From Rickettsiales bacterium UBA2645 (GTDB lineage Bacteria; Pseudomonadota; Alphaproteobacteria; Rickettsiales; UBA1997): a stretch of DNA of 64,000 bases. Both the position numbers and the translations under genes were made by a program. The stretch covers positions 13,105 to 77,104 of the forward strand of contig DENL01000035.1 in the NCBI GenBank assembly GCA_002359655.1, read 5' to 3'. Of this stretch, positions 19,426 to 29,198 are shown in pieces. The notes under the pieces are model-generated. The model was not told where the DNA came from, ran no database searches, and saw nothing but the letters and a program-made list of their open reading frames with translations. Each line of letters opens with the position of its first letter. Position 1 is the first letter of the stretch.

Positions 19426-20562
19426 TTAAAAAAAGTCAGCAACTTTTTTAAAAAAACTTTCTGATTTAGGATTGCTCGCTTTGTTTTGCATCAACTTGTC
19501 TAACTTTTGTAATAAGTCACGCTCTTCACCCGAAAGCTTCACTGGAGTTTCAATCGCAACCTTGACATACATGTCGCCTCTTCTTCCGCCAGCGTTTAAA
19601 ACACTCATGCCTTTTGATTTTAAACGAAATTGATCACCATTTTGCGTTCCTTCCGGAATTTTCAGCGCCGCTTTATCACCGTCAATTGTAGGAATATCAA
19701 CTGATCCGCCCAAAGCTGCAGTGGTAAATTTAATTGGAACTTCAAAATGAATATCATCATTCTTACGCACAAAAAACTGATGTTTTTTAATCGTGATAAA
19801 AACGTAAAGGTCTCCAGCTTGACCACCTCTAGTTCCAGCCTCACCTTCTCCACCAAGCCTTACTCTGCTTCCCTCTTCAACGCCTGCAGGAATTTTTACG
19901 GCTAAAGTTTTTTCTTTATTGACTCGACCTTCGCCTCGACAAGTTTTGCAAGGATTTTTAATTATTTGACCAGTTCCAGAGCACGAACCGCATGTTCTTT
20001 CAACAATAAAAAATCCTTGCTGCGCTCTTATTTTTCCTGAACCTTTACAATTTGAACACTCAGATGGTTTACTACTTCCTTCAGCACCAGATCCATTGCA
20101 AGATTTACAAACTGAAGGAATTGAGAAAGAAATATTTTTTGTGATACCACGAAAAGCTTCTTCCAAGGAAATTTCTAAATTATAGCGAATATCTGATCCG
20201 CGCTGTGCCGCACTTCTTTTTTTACCTTGCTGGCGACCACCAAAATCACCAAAAATATCTGAAAAGTTACTGAAAATATCATTGAAGTCAAAACCGTCGA
20301 AACCTTGTCCAGATTGGCCTGATTTGCCTCCACCTTGTGAAAAAGCATCATGACCAAATTGATCATAAGCTGCTTTCTTTTGGTCATCTTTTAAAACTTC
20401 ATAAGCTTCGGTTGCTTCTTTGAATTTTTCTTCTGCTTCTTTATTACCAGGATTGCGATCAGGATGATACTGCATCGCCAGCTTACGATAAGACTTTTTG
20501 ATTTCTTCAGCTGAAGCATTTCTGGAAACGCCAAGCACGCTGTAATAATCTCTTTTGCTCAT
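19426..20562 (-). CDS. dnaJ: Molecular chaperone DnaJ
   Basis: It has a J domain (HPD), a G/F-rich region and four CxxCxGxG zinc motifs. Confidence 0.95.
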   Translation of the reverse strand: MSKRDYYSVLGVSRNASAEEIKKSYRKLAMQYHPDRNPGNKEAEEKFKEATEAYEVLKDDQKKAAYDQFGHDAFSQGGGKSGQSGQGFDGFDFNDIFSNFSDIFGDFGGRQQGKKRSAAQRGSDIRYNLEISLEEAFRGITKNISFSIPSVCKSCNGSGAEGSSKPSECSNCKGSGKIRAQQGFFIVERTCGSCSGTGQIIKNPCKTCRGEGRVNKEKTLAVKIPAGVEEGSRVRLGGEGEAGTRGGQAGDLYVFITIKKHQFFVRKNDDIHFEVPIKFTTAALGGSVDIPTIDGDKAALKIPEGTQNGDQFRLKSKGMSVLNAGGRRGDMYVKVAIETPVKLSGEERDLLQKLDKLMQNKASNPKSESFFKKVADFF

Positions 20563-20616
20563 TTTATTTGAAAATTTTTAGGAAAGATCAGTTTTAGATA
20601 ATATAACAAAAAGCTT

Positions 20617-21237
20617 TTACAAGTTTTGAATTCTTAACCATTCAACCATTTTTTTGAAAGCTTCTCCGCGATGAGAAATTTGATCTTTGGCTTGCGGATC
20701 AATCTCGCCAAAAGTCTGATTCATACCATTTTTGATAAAAATTGGATCATAGCCAAAACCTTTATTTCCTTGTGCAGGAAAGGTCAAAGCGCCATCAACT
20801 CTGCCTTCAAAAGAAATTTGAAAATCGGTTTTTGGATCAAATAAAGTAAGGTTACAAATGAAGTGAGCAGAAGAAGTTTTGAGATTTAATTTTTCCAATT
20901 CGGCAATAATTTTTTTGAAAGCAAAATTAAAATCTACTTCCCCTTTAGAATTTTTAGCAAAGCGCGCTGAGTAAATTCCGGGCTTATTATTCAGGGCTTC
21001 AATGCATAATCCTGAATCGTCAGCCAAAGAAAAAAGATTAGTTTTTTTAGCGTAATATTTTGCTTTGAGTAGAGAATTTTCTTGGAAAGTTAGACCAGTT
21101 TCTTCTGGCTCTTCGATATTAAAATCGAAAGTTGGAACAGCTTTGATGTTTATTGATTTTAGTAGATCCGAGATCTCAACAAACTTACCGCGATTGTTGG
21201 TAGCAATTAAAATTTCGGTAGGAAGTCGAAGTGTCAT
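20617..21237 (-). CDS. rdgB: dITP/XTP pyrophosphatase (Ham1/RdgB)
   Basis: The motifs ATNNRGKF, SLADDSGL, GFGYDPIF and SHRG are present. Confidence 0.9.
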   Translation of the reverse strand: MTLRLPTEILIATNNRGKFVEISDLLKSINIKAVPTFDFNIEEPEETGLTFQENSLLKAKYYAKKTNLFSLADDSGLCIEALNNKPGIYSARFAKNSKGEVDFNFAFKKIIAELEKLNLKTSSAHFICNLTLFDPKTDFQISFEGRVDGALTFPAQGNKGFGYDPIFIKNGMNQTFGEIDPQAKDQISHRGEAFKKMVEWLRIQNL

Positions 21238-21259
21238 CTTGTTATTTTACCAAAATAAA

Positions 21260-21293
21260 AGGCCGCGTCTTGTGATTAAAAAAAACGCGGCCT
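21260..21293 (-). terminator. Rho-independent terminator candidate after rpsP
   Basis: The stem AGGCCGCGT / ACGCGGCCT is followed by a T-rich tract on the minus strand. The loop is fairly large. Confidence 0.45.
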
Positions 21294-21313
21294 CTTGAAT
21301 TTATAAAACTAGC

Positions 21314-21718
21314 TTAGGCAGAAACTTCTGCTGGATCAGCTTCTGCAGCCTTAGCTGCGGCTTCAGACTCAGCTTTTGCTTCAGCTTCTTTCTTTGCTTT
21401 TTCCAAAGCTTTTTTCTTTAAATTGCTGCCTTTTTTCTTTGGCGCGAAATCAGGTTTGTATTTTTCAGCACCTTTAACACCCAGAGAAATCAAGAAACCA
21501 GCAACTCTTTCAGAAGGTTGTGCACCAACAGAAAGCCAGTGTTCAGCTCTTTCTTTGTTAACCGCAATACGATTTTCTTTATCTTCAGACAAAAGCGGAT
21601 TGTAGGTACCAATTTTTTCTAAAAATTTTGAATCTCTTGGAGAAGTGCTGTTAGTAACAATAATGCGATAGAACGGAAGATTTGTTCTTCCACCGCGTGA
21701 AAGACGGATTTTTAACAT
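21314..21718 (-). CDS. rpsP: 30S ribosomal protein S16 with an Ala/Lys/Glu-rich C-terminal extension
   Basis: [21 protein letters not shown] is the canonical S16 N-terminus. Confidence 0.95.
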   Translation of the reverse strand: MLKIRLSRGGRTNLPFYRIIVTNSTSPRDSKFLEKIGTYNPLLSEDKENRIAVNKERAEHWLSVGAQPSERVAGFLISLGVKGAEKYKPDFAPKKKGSNLKKKALEKAKKEAEAKAESEAAAKAAEADPAEVSA

Positions 21719-21834
21719 ATTTGAATTTTATAAATTGTTATCGAAGGCTCGTCATTAAGATTATTAGACGGTCTTGCTATCGACGGACTTGAGGAGCGGC
21801 GCAATTTATTTGGCAAAGATTCTTTTGCAAGCGA

Positions 21835-23865
21835 TTAATTGCCACACTTGTTCAAGGTACGCGAAGCTCTGGCAATTGGATTGGTGAGATAAAAATTATA
21901 ATCTTTCAGATTGAATTTATCAGAATCAATATCGCCCAAAGTATTGTCAGTATTGATCCAAATGGCTTTATTAATTTTATTTAAATTAGCAAAAATTGGA
22001 TTAGCGGCAATCAAAGAATTTCTCAATTCGGCAAGATTTTTATATCCCAAATCAAGATTTAATTTTTGCGCGATTTGTAAAATTACTTGCCAATCTTCCA
22101 TAGCTTCATTTGGGGCAAAAACAGCTTTATTAGTTTTTTGTACGCGCCCTTCTAAATTAACATAAATAGCTTCTTTTTCACTATAAGCTGAAGCAGGCAA
22201 AATCACATCGGCAAATCTAGCGCCGCTGTCGCCATGTGATCCGATGTAAATAACAAAAGCGTTTTCTAGTGCCGAAAAGTCAATATCATCGTCAACTCCG
22301 TGTAGGAAAACTATTTTTATTTCACCAGTTTTTGCCCTGCGCAGAATTGAGCTGGTGTTGACTGAAGAATCATTTGCAACAAAGCCAACTTCTAATCCAT
22401 TAATCAATCCAGTTGATTTTGTAAGTAGATTAAAACCATTCCAACCGTCTTTGACTAAGTGGTATTTTTCGGCGATTTTTTTAGCATAATTTAAAATTGC
22501 CGCACCATCTTTGCGCTCAAGTAAATCAATGCCAATTATCAACATCGGCTTTTCAGATTTTTCTAAAGTCGCGCTGAATTTTGATTCGCCATTCAGGATA
22601 TTTTGCAAGGCTAATAAGGGATCGCCGAGATTTTCATAATCGTAAGTTAAATCAACATCGCAGCCAGCTGCTGCAATTTTTAATTTTTTTGACAACCATC
22701 TTTTTCTGATTCTAGCATTAAGAATTGGCGCATCTTTTCTTGGATTTGCGCCAATAATTAAACAAACTTCAGCTTCTTCAATACCAGAAATTGTAGTGTT
22801 AAAGAGGTAGGAAGCGCGATCTTTAGCGTTGATTTTTTCATCATTCAAACGGCAATCAATATTATCTGAGCCGAGTTTTTGCATCAGGCTTTTCATAGCA
22901 AAAATTTCTTCAACTGCAGAAATTCGACCAGTTAAAGCCGCGATATCAGAAGGTCTAGCTGCCTGAATTTTTTTTGTGATTGCGCTTAAAGCTTCATCGA
23001 AACTAACTGAAATCAGCCTATCATGTTTTTTCAAATAAGACTTGTCTAGACGCTGATATTTCAAGCCATCGTAACAAAAACGCGTTTTATCAGAAATCCA
23101 TTCTTCATTAATTTCTTCATTCAAACGTGGCAAGATTCGCATGACTTCTAGACCGCGTGAATCAATACGAATATTACTTCCAACTGCGTCCATCACGTCG
23201 ATGGTTTCAGTTTTTTTTAACTCCCAGCTTCTGGCTTTAAAGGCGTAAGGTTTTGAAGTAAGAGCTCCTACTGGGCAAAGATCGATGATATTTCCTGATA
23301 ATTCTGATTTTAAATTTTGCTCAAGATAAGTGGTTATTTCCATACCTTCACCACGATTTATGGCACCAATTTCAACTGTTCCAGCTACGTCTTCAATGAA
23401 ACGCACGCATCTTGTGCAATGGATACAGCGTGTCATTTGGGTTTTTACCAAGGGCCCCATGTCTTTATCTTTTACCGCTCGTTTGTACTCATGATACTCA
23501 CTTTTTCCTGAGCCATATTGATAAGCTTGATCCTGCAAATCGCACTCGCCACCTTGATCACAAATTGGGCAATCTAAAGGGTGATTGGCCAGTAAAAATT
23601 CCATCACACCTTCGCGGGCTTTTTTCACCATTGGAGTATCAGTGTGAACTTTCATGCCTTCGGTAATTGGCATGGCACAAGAAGCTACCGGCTTTGGCGG
23701 CATTCCTTCAACCTCAACCAAGCACATGCGACAATTACCAGCGATTGCCAATCTTTCGTGATAGCAAAATCTGGGAACTTCAACATCAGCCAATTCACAA
23801 GCTTGAATTATTGTAATTCCTTCAGGAACCGTTGTGGTCTTACCATTAATTGTGATTGTAGGCAT
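21835..23865 (-). CDS. nuoG: NADH-quinone oxidoreductase subunit G (75 kDa)
   Basis: It has 2Fe-2S and 4Fe-4S Cys clusters (CYHERLAIAGNCRMC, HPLDCPICDQGGEC, CIHCTRC). Confidence 0.95.
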   Translation of the reverse strand: MPTITINGKTTTVPEGITIIQACELADVEVPRFCYHERLAIAGNCRMCLVEVEGMPPKPVASCAMPITEGMKVHTDTPMVKKAREGVMEFLLANHPLDCPICDQGGECDLQDQAYQYGSGKSEYHEYKRAVKDKDMGPLVKTQMTRCIHCTRCVRFIEDVAGTVEIGAINRGEGMEITTYLEQNLKSELSGNIIDLCPVGALTSKPYAFKARSWELKKTETIDVMDAVGSNIRIDSRGLEVMRILPRLNEEINEEWISDKTRFCYDGLKYQRLDKSYLKKHDRLISVSFDEALSAITKKIQAARPSDIAALTGRISAVEEIFAMKSLMQKLGSDNIDCRLNDEKINAKDRASYLFNTTISGIEEAEVCLIIGANPRKDAPILNARIRKRWLSKKLKIAAAGCDVDLTYDYENLGDPLLALQNILNGESKFSATLEKSEKPMLIIGIDLLERKDGAAILNYAKKIAEKYHLVKDGWNGFNLLTKSTGLINGLEVGFVANDSSVNTSSILRRAKTGEIKIVFLHGVDDDIDFSALENAFVIYIGSHGDSGARFADVILPASAYSEKEAIYVNLEGRVQKTNKAVFAPNEAMEDWQVILQIAQKLNLDLGYKNLAELRNSLIAANPIFANLNKINKAIWINTDNTLGDIDSDKFNLKDYNFYLTNPIARASRTLNKCGN

Positions 23866-23904
23866 GAGAGAAAATAAAAACTTCGAAAACTAAAAAAGGC
23901 GGGC

Positions 23905-23945
23905 AAAAAATTAGCGCATCTGAACTTGATAATCAGATGCGCTAA
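23905..23945 (-). terminator. Rho-independent terminator after ssb
   Basis: A 13-bp stem TTAGCGCATCTGA (23911-23923) / TCAGATGCGCTAA (23933-23945) is followed by TTTTTTG on the minus strand. Confidence 0.6.
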
Positions 23946-24005
23946 AACTTTTTAAACTATATTTTTTTCAAATCAAAAAAATTTTCTAAAAGATTTGGCA
24001 TAGTT

Positions 24006-24458
24006 TTAGAAAGGAATTTCATCATCATTTTCCTCAATTTGCACATCGTTGTTGCGAGAAGATCTAGCAGCAGATGTTGAACCAGAGGAGTAAGAATCTC
24101 CCGAAGGCTGACCTCTCGAATCTAGTATTTGCAAAACTGAGTTAAAGTTTTGCAAAACAATTTCAGTGGTGAGTTTTTCAGCACCACTATTGTCAGTCCA
24201 CTTTCTGGTTTGCAAAGAACCTTCGACGTAGAGTTTAGAACCTTTTTTGATATAGTTTTTAACAATATTAACCAAACCTGGGGAGAAAATTACTACACGA
24301 TGCCACTCGGTTTTTTCTTTCTTTTCGCCGGTGTTTTTATCTTTCCAGCTATCAGAAGTAGCAATAGAGAAGTTTGCGATCTCTCGCCCATCTTGAGTTG
24401 ATCTAATCTCAGGATCTTGCCCGACATTACCAACTAAAATTACTTTATTGATTGACAT
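24006..24458 (-). CDS. ssb: Single-stranded DNA-binding protein
   Basis: It starts MSINKVILVGNVGQDPE and has the acidic tail DDEIPF. The ATG at 24458 is preferred over the track start at 24548. Confidence 0.95.
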   Translation of the reverse strand: MSINKVILVGNVGQDPEIRSTQDGREIANFSIATSDSWKDKNTGEKKEKTEWHRVVIFSPGLVNIVKNYIKKGSKLYVEGSLQTRKWTDNSGAEKLTTEIVLQNFNSVLQILDSRGQPSGDSYSSGSTSAARSSRNNDVQIEENDDEIPF

Positions 24459-24683
24459 ATGAATCTGTGAAAATGAAAAATTTTGAGAGAAAAAACTAAC
24501 TGAAGAGCAATATTTATTTTTTGAAGCATAGTAAAATTTATAAACCACCTATACAATAAACAAGGAAATTTCTGAACTGAAAGTTTTAATTATTTACATC
24601 TTTTTAAAGTTGCAAAATATTTTAACTTGCTTGATAAAGCCAATGTCACAGCCTTTTCTCAAATCAATTTCATATTTGAATTC

Positions 24684-25253
24684 ATGAAAAAAATCTCGCT
24701 TTTTCTTACCTGCTTAACTTTAATTTTTTCTACAATGAACCAAGCATCAGCACAAAAATCAGCAATAAAAACTGATCCAGAAAACACTCTTTATATCGAC
24801 TTAAAATACGGTCGTGTGGTTATTGAGATGTTACCAAAAGTTGCGCCAAAACACGTTGAAAGAATTAAAACTTTAGCTCGTCAAAAGTTTTATGATGGGA
24901 TAGTTTTTCACCGCGTAATTGATGGCTTTATGGCCCAAACTGGCGACCCCACTGGAACCGGCATGGGTGGCAGCAAATTGCCTGATCTAAAAGCAGAATT
25001 TTCTGATGAACCTCATATCCGCGGTGCCGTTTCAATGGCACGTTCTTCCAATCCAAATAGCGGTAATAGTCAATTTTTTATTGTAACTAAAGACTCAAGA
25101 TTTTTAGACACTCAATACACGGTTTGGGGTCGCGTTGTAAGCGGTATGGAATTTGTTGATCAAATCAAAAAAGGTAGTGGCGATAGTGGCAAAGTAACAA
25201 ACCCAGACGCTATGCTGAAAGTTCGCGTTGCTGTTGATGTTGAGAAAAAATAA
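24684..25253 (+). CDS. Cyclophilin-type peptidyl-prolyl cis-trans isomerase, secreted
   Basis: It has a signal peptide (MKKISLFLTCL...) and the FHRVIDGFMAQTGDP and SQFFI motifs. Confidence 0.9.
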   Translation: MKKISLFLTCLTLIFSTMNQASAQKSAIKTDPENTLYIDLKYGRVVIEMLPKVAPKHVERIKTLARQKFYDGIVFHRVIDGFMAQTGDPTGTGMGGSKLPDLKAEFSDEPHIRGAVSMARSSNPNSGNSQFFIVTKDSRFLDTQYTVWGRVVSGMEFVDQIKKGSGDSGKVTNPDAMLKVRVAVDVEKK

Positions 25254-25267
25254 TTAAATTTATCTTC

Positions 25268-25642
25268 ATGAACTACGACAAAAATAACATTTTTGCTAAA
25301 ATTATTCGCGGCGAAATTCCCGCTAATAAAGTTTATGAAGATGAAAAAGTTCTAGCCTTTCACGATATTTCAAAAGCAGCACCAACGCATGTTTTAGTAA
25401 TTCCAAAAGGCGAATATACTGACTTTATTGACTTTACTTCCAAAGCCGATGCAGAACAAATTTTATACTTTTTTAAAAAAGTTAATGAAATTTCTAAGCT
25501 TTTAAAAGCAGATAAATCAGGCTTTCGTCTTATCACCAACAATGGAATTGATGCACATCAAACTGTAGCACATTTTCATTTGCACATTTTAGCTGGTAAA
25601 AAATTGGGACCACTTCTTTCATCAGATAATCACTTGAGGTAA
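25268..25642 (+). CDS. HIT family (histidine triad) nucleotide-binding protein
   Basis: The HxHxHxx motif HFHLHILAG is present. Confidence 0.9.
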   Translation: MNYDKNNIFAKIIRGEIPANKVYEDEKVLAFHDISKAAPTHVLVIPKGEYTDFIDFTSKADAEQILYFFKKVNEISKLLKADKSGFRLITNNGIDAHQTVAHFHLHILAGKKLGPLLSSDNHLR

Positions 25643-25644
25643 AA

Positions 25645-26844
25645 ATGGAAAAAAAAATGCACGAAGCAACTCGTATAGTTCACGCTGGCAGAAACCCGAA
25701 GGAGCAAGGCTGGATGGTAAATCCTCCAATTTACCAAACTTCGACAATTGTTTTTCCGACACTAAAAGACCTGCTTTACGCTGAGCGTGGCTACTCCAAC
25801 AACGATTTGGTTGAGCCTTATGAACTAAAATATGGTCGCTACGGCACACAAACTAATTTTGCTCTAGAAAAGGCAATTGCCGAAATTGATGGCGGTTATA
25901 ATTCTTTTGTAACTTCTTCTGGCGCAGCCGCAATCAACACGGCTTTGGTAGCTTTTTTAAAACAAGGCGATCACATGCTTTTAGTTGACAATGTTTATTC
26001 TCCAACTCGTAGTTTTGCTGATAAATTTTTAAAGAAACTTGGCATCGAAACCACCTATTACAGCCCAACAATTGGCGAAGATATCAAAAAACTGATCAAA
26101 AAAAATACCAAAGTAATTTTCTTGGAAAGTCCAGGATCTCTCAGCTTTGAAGTGCAAGATGTGGCAGCAATTTGTAAAATTGCAAAAAAAAATAACGTCA
26201 CAACTATCGTTGATAATTCTTGGGCGAGCGGGATTTATTTCAAACCTCTTGAACATGGTGCCGATGTAGTTGTTAGTGCTTTGACCAAATATATCAACGG
26301 CCACTCTGATGTGATGATGGGTGCGATAACCATACAAGAAAAACATTTTCGTGTTATGTATGAAGCTTTTAGATATATGGCTGTCACTGCTGCACCATTT
26401 TCTTCTTACATGGTACAACGCGGAATGCGTACCGCTAAAATTCGTATGGATCATTGCTACAAATCAGCTCTGGAGCTTGCAAAATGGTTAGAAAATCGGT
26501 CGGAAGTAGAAAAAATTTTCTATCCTGCTTTAGAGTCAGACGCTGGGCACAAACTGTGGAAACGCAATTTCACTGGTGCTGCTGGATTATTCACTATCGT
26601 TTTGGATCGCAAATATTCTAACGAATCTCTAGCTCGTATGGTTGATAAGCTGCATTATTATGGCATGGGTTATTCTTGGGGCGGATATGAATCTTTGATT
26701 TTACCAGTTGACCCAACGGCAGTTAGAACATCAACTAAATGGCCTTACAGCAACAGAACTTGTTTGCGCATCAATGTTGGATTAGAAGATATTGCTGATC
26801 TGAAAGAAGATCTTGAGTCAGGATTTAAAAGGCTTCGCAAATAA
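25645..26844 (+). CDS. metC: Cystathionine beta-lyase-type PLP enzyme (Cys/Met metabolism family)
   Basis: It has the family pattern, including SALTKYINGHSD (PLP-binding lysine). The exact enzyme specificity is inferred. Confidence 0.75.
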   Translation: MEKKMHEATRIVHAGRNPKEQGWMVNPPIYQTSTIVFPTLKDLLYAERGYSNNDLVEPYELKYGRYGTQTNFALEKAIAEIDGGYNSFVTSSGAAAINTALVAFLKQGDHMLLVDNVYSPTRSFADKFLKKLGIETTYYSPTIGEDIKKLIKKNTKVIFLESPGSLSFEVQDVAAICKIAKKNNVTTIVDNSWASGIYFKPLEHGADVVVSALTKYINGHSDVMMGAITIQEKHFRVMYEAFRYMAVTAAPFSSYMVQRGMRTAKIRMDHCYKSALELAKWLENRSEVEKIFYPALESDAGHKLWKRNFTGAAGLFTIVLDRKYSNESLARMVDKLHYYGMGYSWGGYESLILPVDPTAVRTSTKWPYSNRTCLRINVGLEDIADLKEDLESGFKRLRK

Positions 26845-26855
26845 TAATTAATCAG

Positions 26856-27710
26856 ATGAAAAAAAACTCTGCATTTTCATTGATCGAATTATCAATCGTG
26901 ATCTTGGCCATTGCTGCTTTGTTGGCTGGTATTTTACAAGGAAAAACCATTGTGACAAAAGCCAGAATGCGTTCAGCTCAAAATCAAACTTTACAATCTC
27001 CTGTAGCGCAAATTTCAAACCTAGTTGCTTGGTGGGAAACAACCTCAGAGAGAAGTTTCGACAGTATAGAAAGAGTCAACGGCTCTACAATAAGCACTTG
27101 GTACGACATTAATCCTAATTCTGTTGTCGCCATCAATGCAACACAGTCAAATTCAAGCTATAAACCTTTTTACAAAACAAATATTGAAGGTGGATTGCCG
27201 ATGCTAAATTTTGTTAGCGGTGGCGATTATTTAAATATTGCTGATGGCACGGTTCCTTATGAAAACAGTAGCTATACAATTTTTATTGTCGGAAAATTTT
27301 ATAGCTGCAGCAGCATTTGCAATATCTTAACCTCTGGCACAGCAACTGGAAGTCAACTTAACGCATTTCAGTATAGTAGCAGCGGTAACATTTTAAATAA
27401 CTGGCAATCCTCTAATGTATCCGCATCAAAACCCGGAATAGTAAATACTCATATTTATACTTTTATTTACTATAACATCTCAGGCATAGGCAGAAAAATC
27501 TATGTTGATGGAGTGAGAAAAGTCATCAACGGCTCTATAGTCACAAGGGCAGGAGGTAGGAGCTCAAATTATATAGGATCAACCTCGTCTTCAACTGGCT
27601 TGGATGGTTATCTTGGTGAAATCATTATTTTTGATCGCAATTTAAAAATCGAAGAAAGGCAAGGCATCGAAAAATATCTTAGCCTCAAATGGGGCATATC
27701 TTTATCTTAG
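26856..27710 (+). CDS. Prepilin-type N-terminal methylation-motif protein with LamG-like C-terminal domain (copy 2)
   Basis: It has MKKNSA/FSLIELSIVILAIAALL and a C-terminal GYLGEIIIFDRNLKIEERQGIEKYLSLKWGI. It is a clear paralog of 18484-19371. Confidence 0.75.
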   Translation: MKKNSAFSLIELSIVILAIAALLAGILQGKTIVTKARMRSAQNQTLQSPVAQISNLVAWWETTSERSFDSIERVNGSTISTWYDINPNSVVAINATQSNSSYKPFYKTNIEGGLPMLNFVSGGDYLNIADGTVPYENSSYTIFIVGKFYSCSSICNILTSGTATGSQLNAFQYSSSGNILNNWQSSNVSASKPGIVNTHIYTFIYYNISGIGRKIYVDGVRKVINGSIVTRAGGRSSNYIGSTSSSTGLDGYLGEIIIFDRNLKIEERQGIEKYLSLKWGISLS

Positions 27711-27713
27711 CTT

Positions 27714-28163
27714 CTAAACTAGAAAAGTTTTAAGATCCAGATCACAAAAAATCAAAAGGTAGTAGTAAAAAAGTTTTCCCAAAAAAACTAATAACAAAAA
27801 TTTCTTTAGATTAGTTTTAAAGAATCCAGCCATTACTGCAAAAGGTGTCCCAATCACATCAAGCCAAGAAAATAGCAAAATCCACACCAAAAATTTATGC
27901 CATTTTTTTTCAGCTTTAGCAATTTCTTCTAGTTTTTTTTTAAAAAAATCTGTGTGGCGTAAAAAAGTAAAATATTTACCAATCAACCAATTTGCAGAAG
28001 ATCCCAAAACGCTGGCAAATAAGGCAAAAGTAAAAATCAAATAAGAATTATAAGTACGCAAAGCAACCATAACTTTAACAACCATTTCGCTGCGTGGCGT
28101 CAAGATTAGTGACGAAAAAAAACTATCACAAAAAAGAAAAAAATAAGACTCGATCAAGTTCAT
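27714..28163 (-). CDS. YqaA/DedA-superfamily small membrane protein
   Basis: The 149-aa, 4-TM protein has the LTPRSE...LGSSANWLIGKYF pattern, as in the YqaA family. Confidence 0.55.
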   Translation of the reverse strand: MNLIESYFFLFCDSFFSSLILTPRSEMVVKVMVALRTYNSYLIFTFALFASVLGSSANWLIGKYFTFLRHTDFFKKKLEEIAKAEKKWHKFLVWILLFSWLDVIGTPFAVMAGFFKTNLKKFLLLVFLGKLFYYYLLIFCDLDLKTFLV

Positions 28164-28244
28164 ATACCAAATCTAAAATTTATTGATATTATTTGATTTA
28201 GTATATTGGGGATCCCCGCAAGGCGGGGCGCAACTCGTGGTGCG

Positions 28245-28289
28245 TAAAAAATAATTTATACCAAATCTCAAGAATTTAGATTTGGTATA
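28245..28289 (-). terminator. Rho-independent terminator after ispA
   Basis: A 12-bp stem TATACCAAATCT (28257-28268) / AGATTTGGTATA (28278-28289) lies immediately after the ispA stop. It is followed on the minus strand by ATTATTTTTT. Confidence 0.65.
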
Positions 28290-28290
28290 A

Positions 28291-29187
28291 TTACTGATCA
28301 CGAGAAATTATGAATTCTGCCAGTTCAATCAAAAGATAGGCTTGTGGACCAAAAATTTTCAGATGCCCTACTGCTTGCTCTTTAAGTAAAGTCAGCTGTT
28401 TTACAGCATAATCAAGTCCGATTAAATCAACTACACTAGCATTTTCTTTTGACACTTTATGCTCTTTTTCATCAATGCCAATTTTAGCTTCCGCGACACC
28501 ACAATGATCCAAAATGTCATCTTTAATTTGGAAAGCCAAACCCAAGTCATGAGCATAATGACGCAGAGCTTGACGGGCTTCAAGACCAGCTCGACCAAGA
28601 ATTGCACCAGCTTCACAAGACGCCATAAAAAGCTCGCCAGTTTTTAAACGATGCAGTCTAGCAAGTTTTTCACGAGTAATTTTTTGATTAGCCATTTCCA
28701 AATCGATCATTTGACCACCAGCCATACCTTTAAAGCCGGAAGCAGTTGCAGCGGTTTTAATCAACTCGCACCGGACATTAGCATCTTTATGAGTTTCTGA
28801 AGAAGCTAAAATTTCAAAAGCGTAGGTAAGCAATGAATCTCCGGCCAAAATTGCCGTCGCTTCATCAAATTTTTTATGGCAAGAAGGCAAACCGCGACGC
28901 ATATCGTCATTATCCATCGCTGGCAAATCGTCGTGAATCAGGGAATAAACATGAATCATCTCAATCGCAGCAGCAGTATCAAGTGCATCTAAGGGAGCAA
29001 TTCCAAAAATTTGTGCCGAGATAATTGTGAGAAACGGACGAATTCTTTTTCCACCCGAAAGCGATGAGTAGCGCATCGCCTCAACTAATTTCGATTCTTG
29101 AAAATCAATTGGCAGTAAATCATCAATCTTTTTTTGTACTAAAATTGAGCAAGCAAAAAGTGCTTCTTTGAGCGGTTTATCGAGCAT
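28291..29187 (-). CDS. ispA: Farnesyl/geranyl diphosphate synthase (polyprenyl synthetase)
   Basis: It has the two Asp-rich motifs, LIHDDLPAMDNDDMRRG and FQIKDDILD. Confidence 0.9.
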   Translation of the reverse strand: MLDKPLKEALFACSILVQKKIDDLLPIDFQESKLVEAMRYSSLSGGKRIRPFLTIISAQIFGIAPLDALDTAAAIEMIHVYSLIHDDLPAMDNDDMRRGLPSCHKKFDEATAILAGDSLLTYAFEILASSETHKDANVRCELIKTAATASGFKGMAGGQMIDLEMANQKITREKLARLHRLKTGELFMASCEAGAILGRAGLEARQALRHYAHDLGLAFQIKDDILDHCGVAEAKIGIDEKEHKVSKENASVVDLIGLDYAVKQLTLLKEQAVGHLKIFGPQAYLLIELAEFIISRDQ

Positions 29188-29198
29188 TAAATTAGAAG

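Noticed and set aside
19426-21237. dnaJ preceded by rdgB rather than dnaK
   Set aside because: This is only a gene-order rearrangement, consistent with the generally scrambled operons here. I saw no CIRCE-type element.
21314-21450. The Ala/Lys/Glu-rich C-terminal extension of ribosomal protein S16 as a possible gene fusion
   Set aside because: C-terminal low-complexity extensions of S16 are common in alphaproteobacteria, so this is not unusual.
24459-24683. A search for LexA/SOS boxes in front of ssb, and in front of uvrA (32061-32200)
   Set aside because: No GTTC-N7-GTTC or CTGT-N8-ACAG type motif is visible. The single GAAC near 24570 has no partner.
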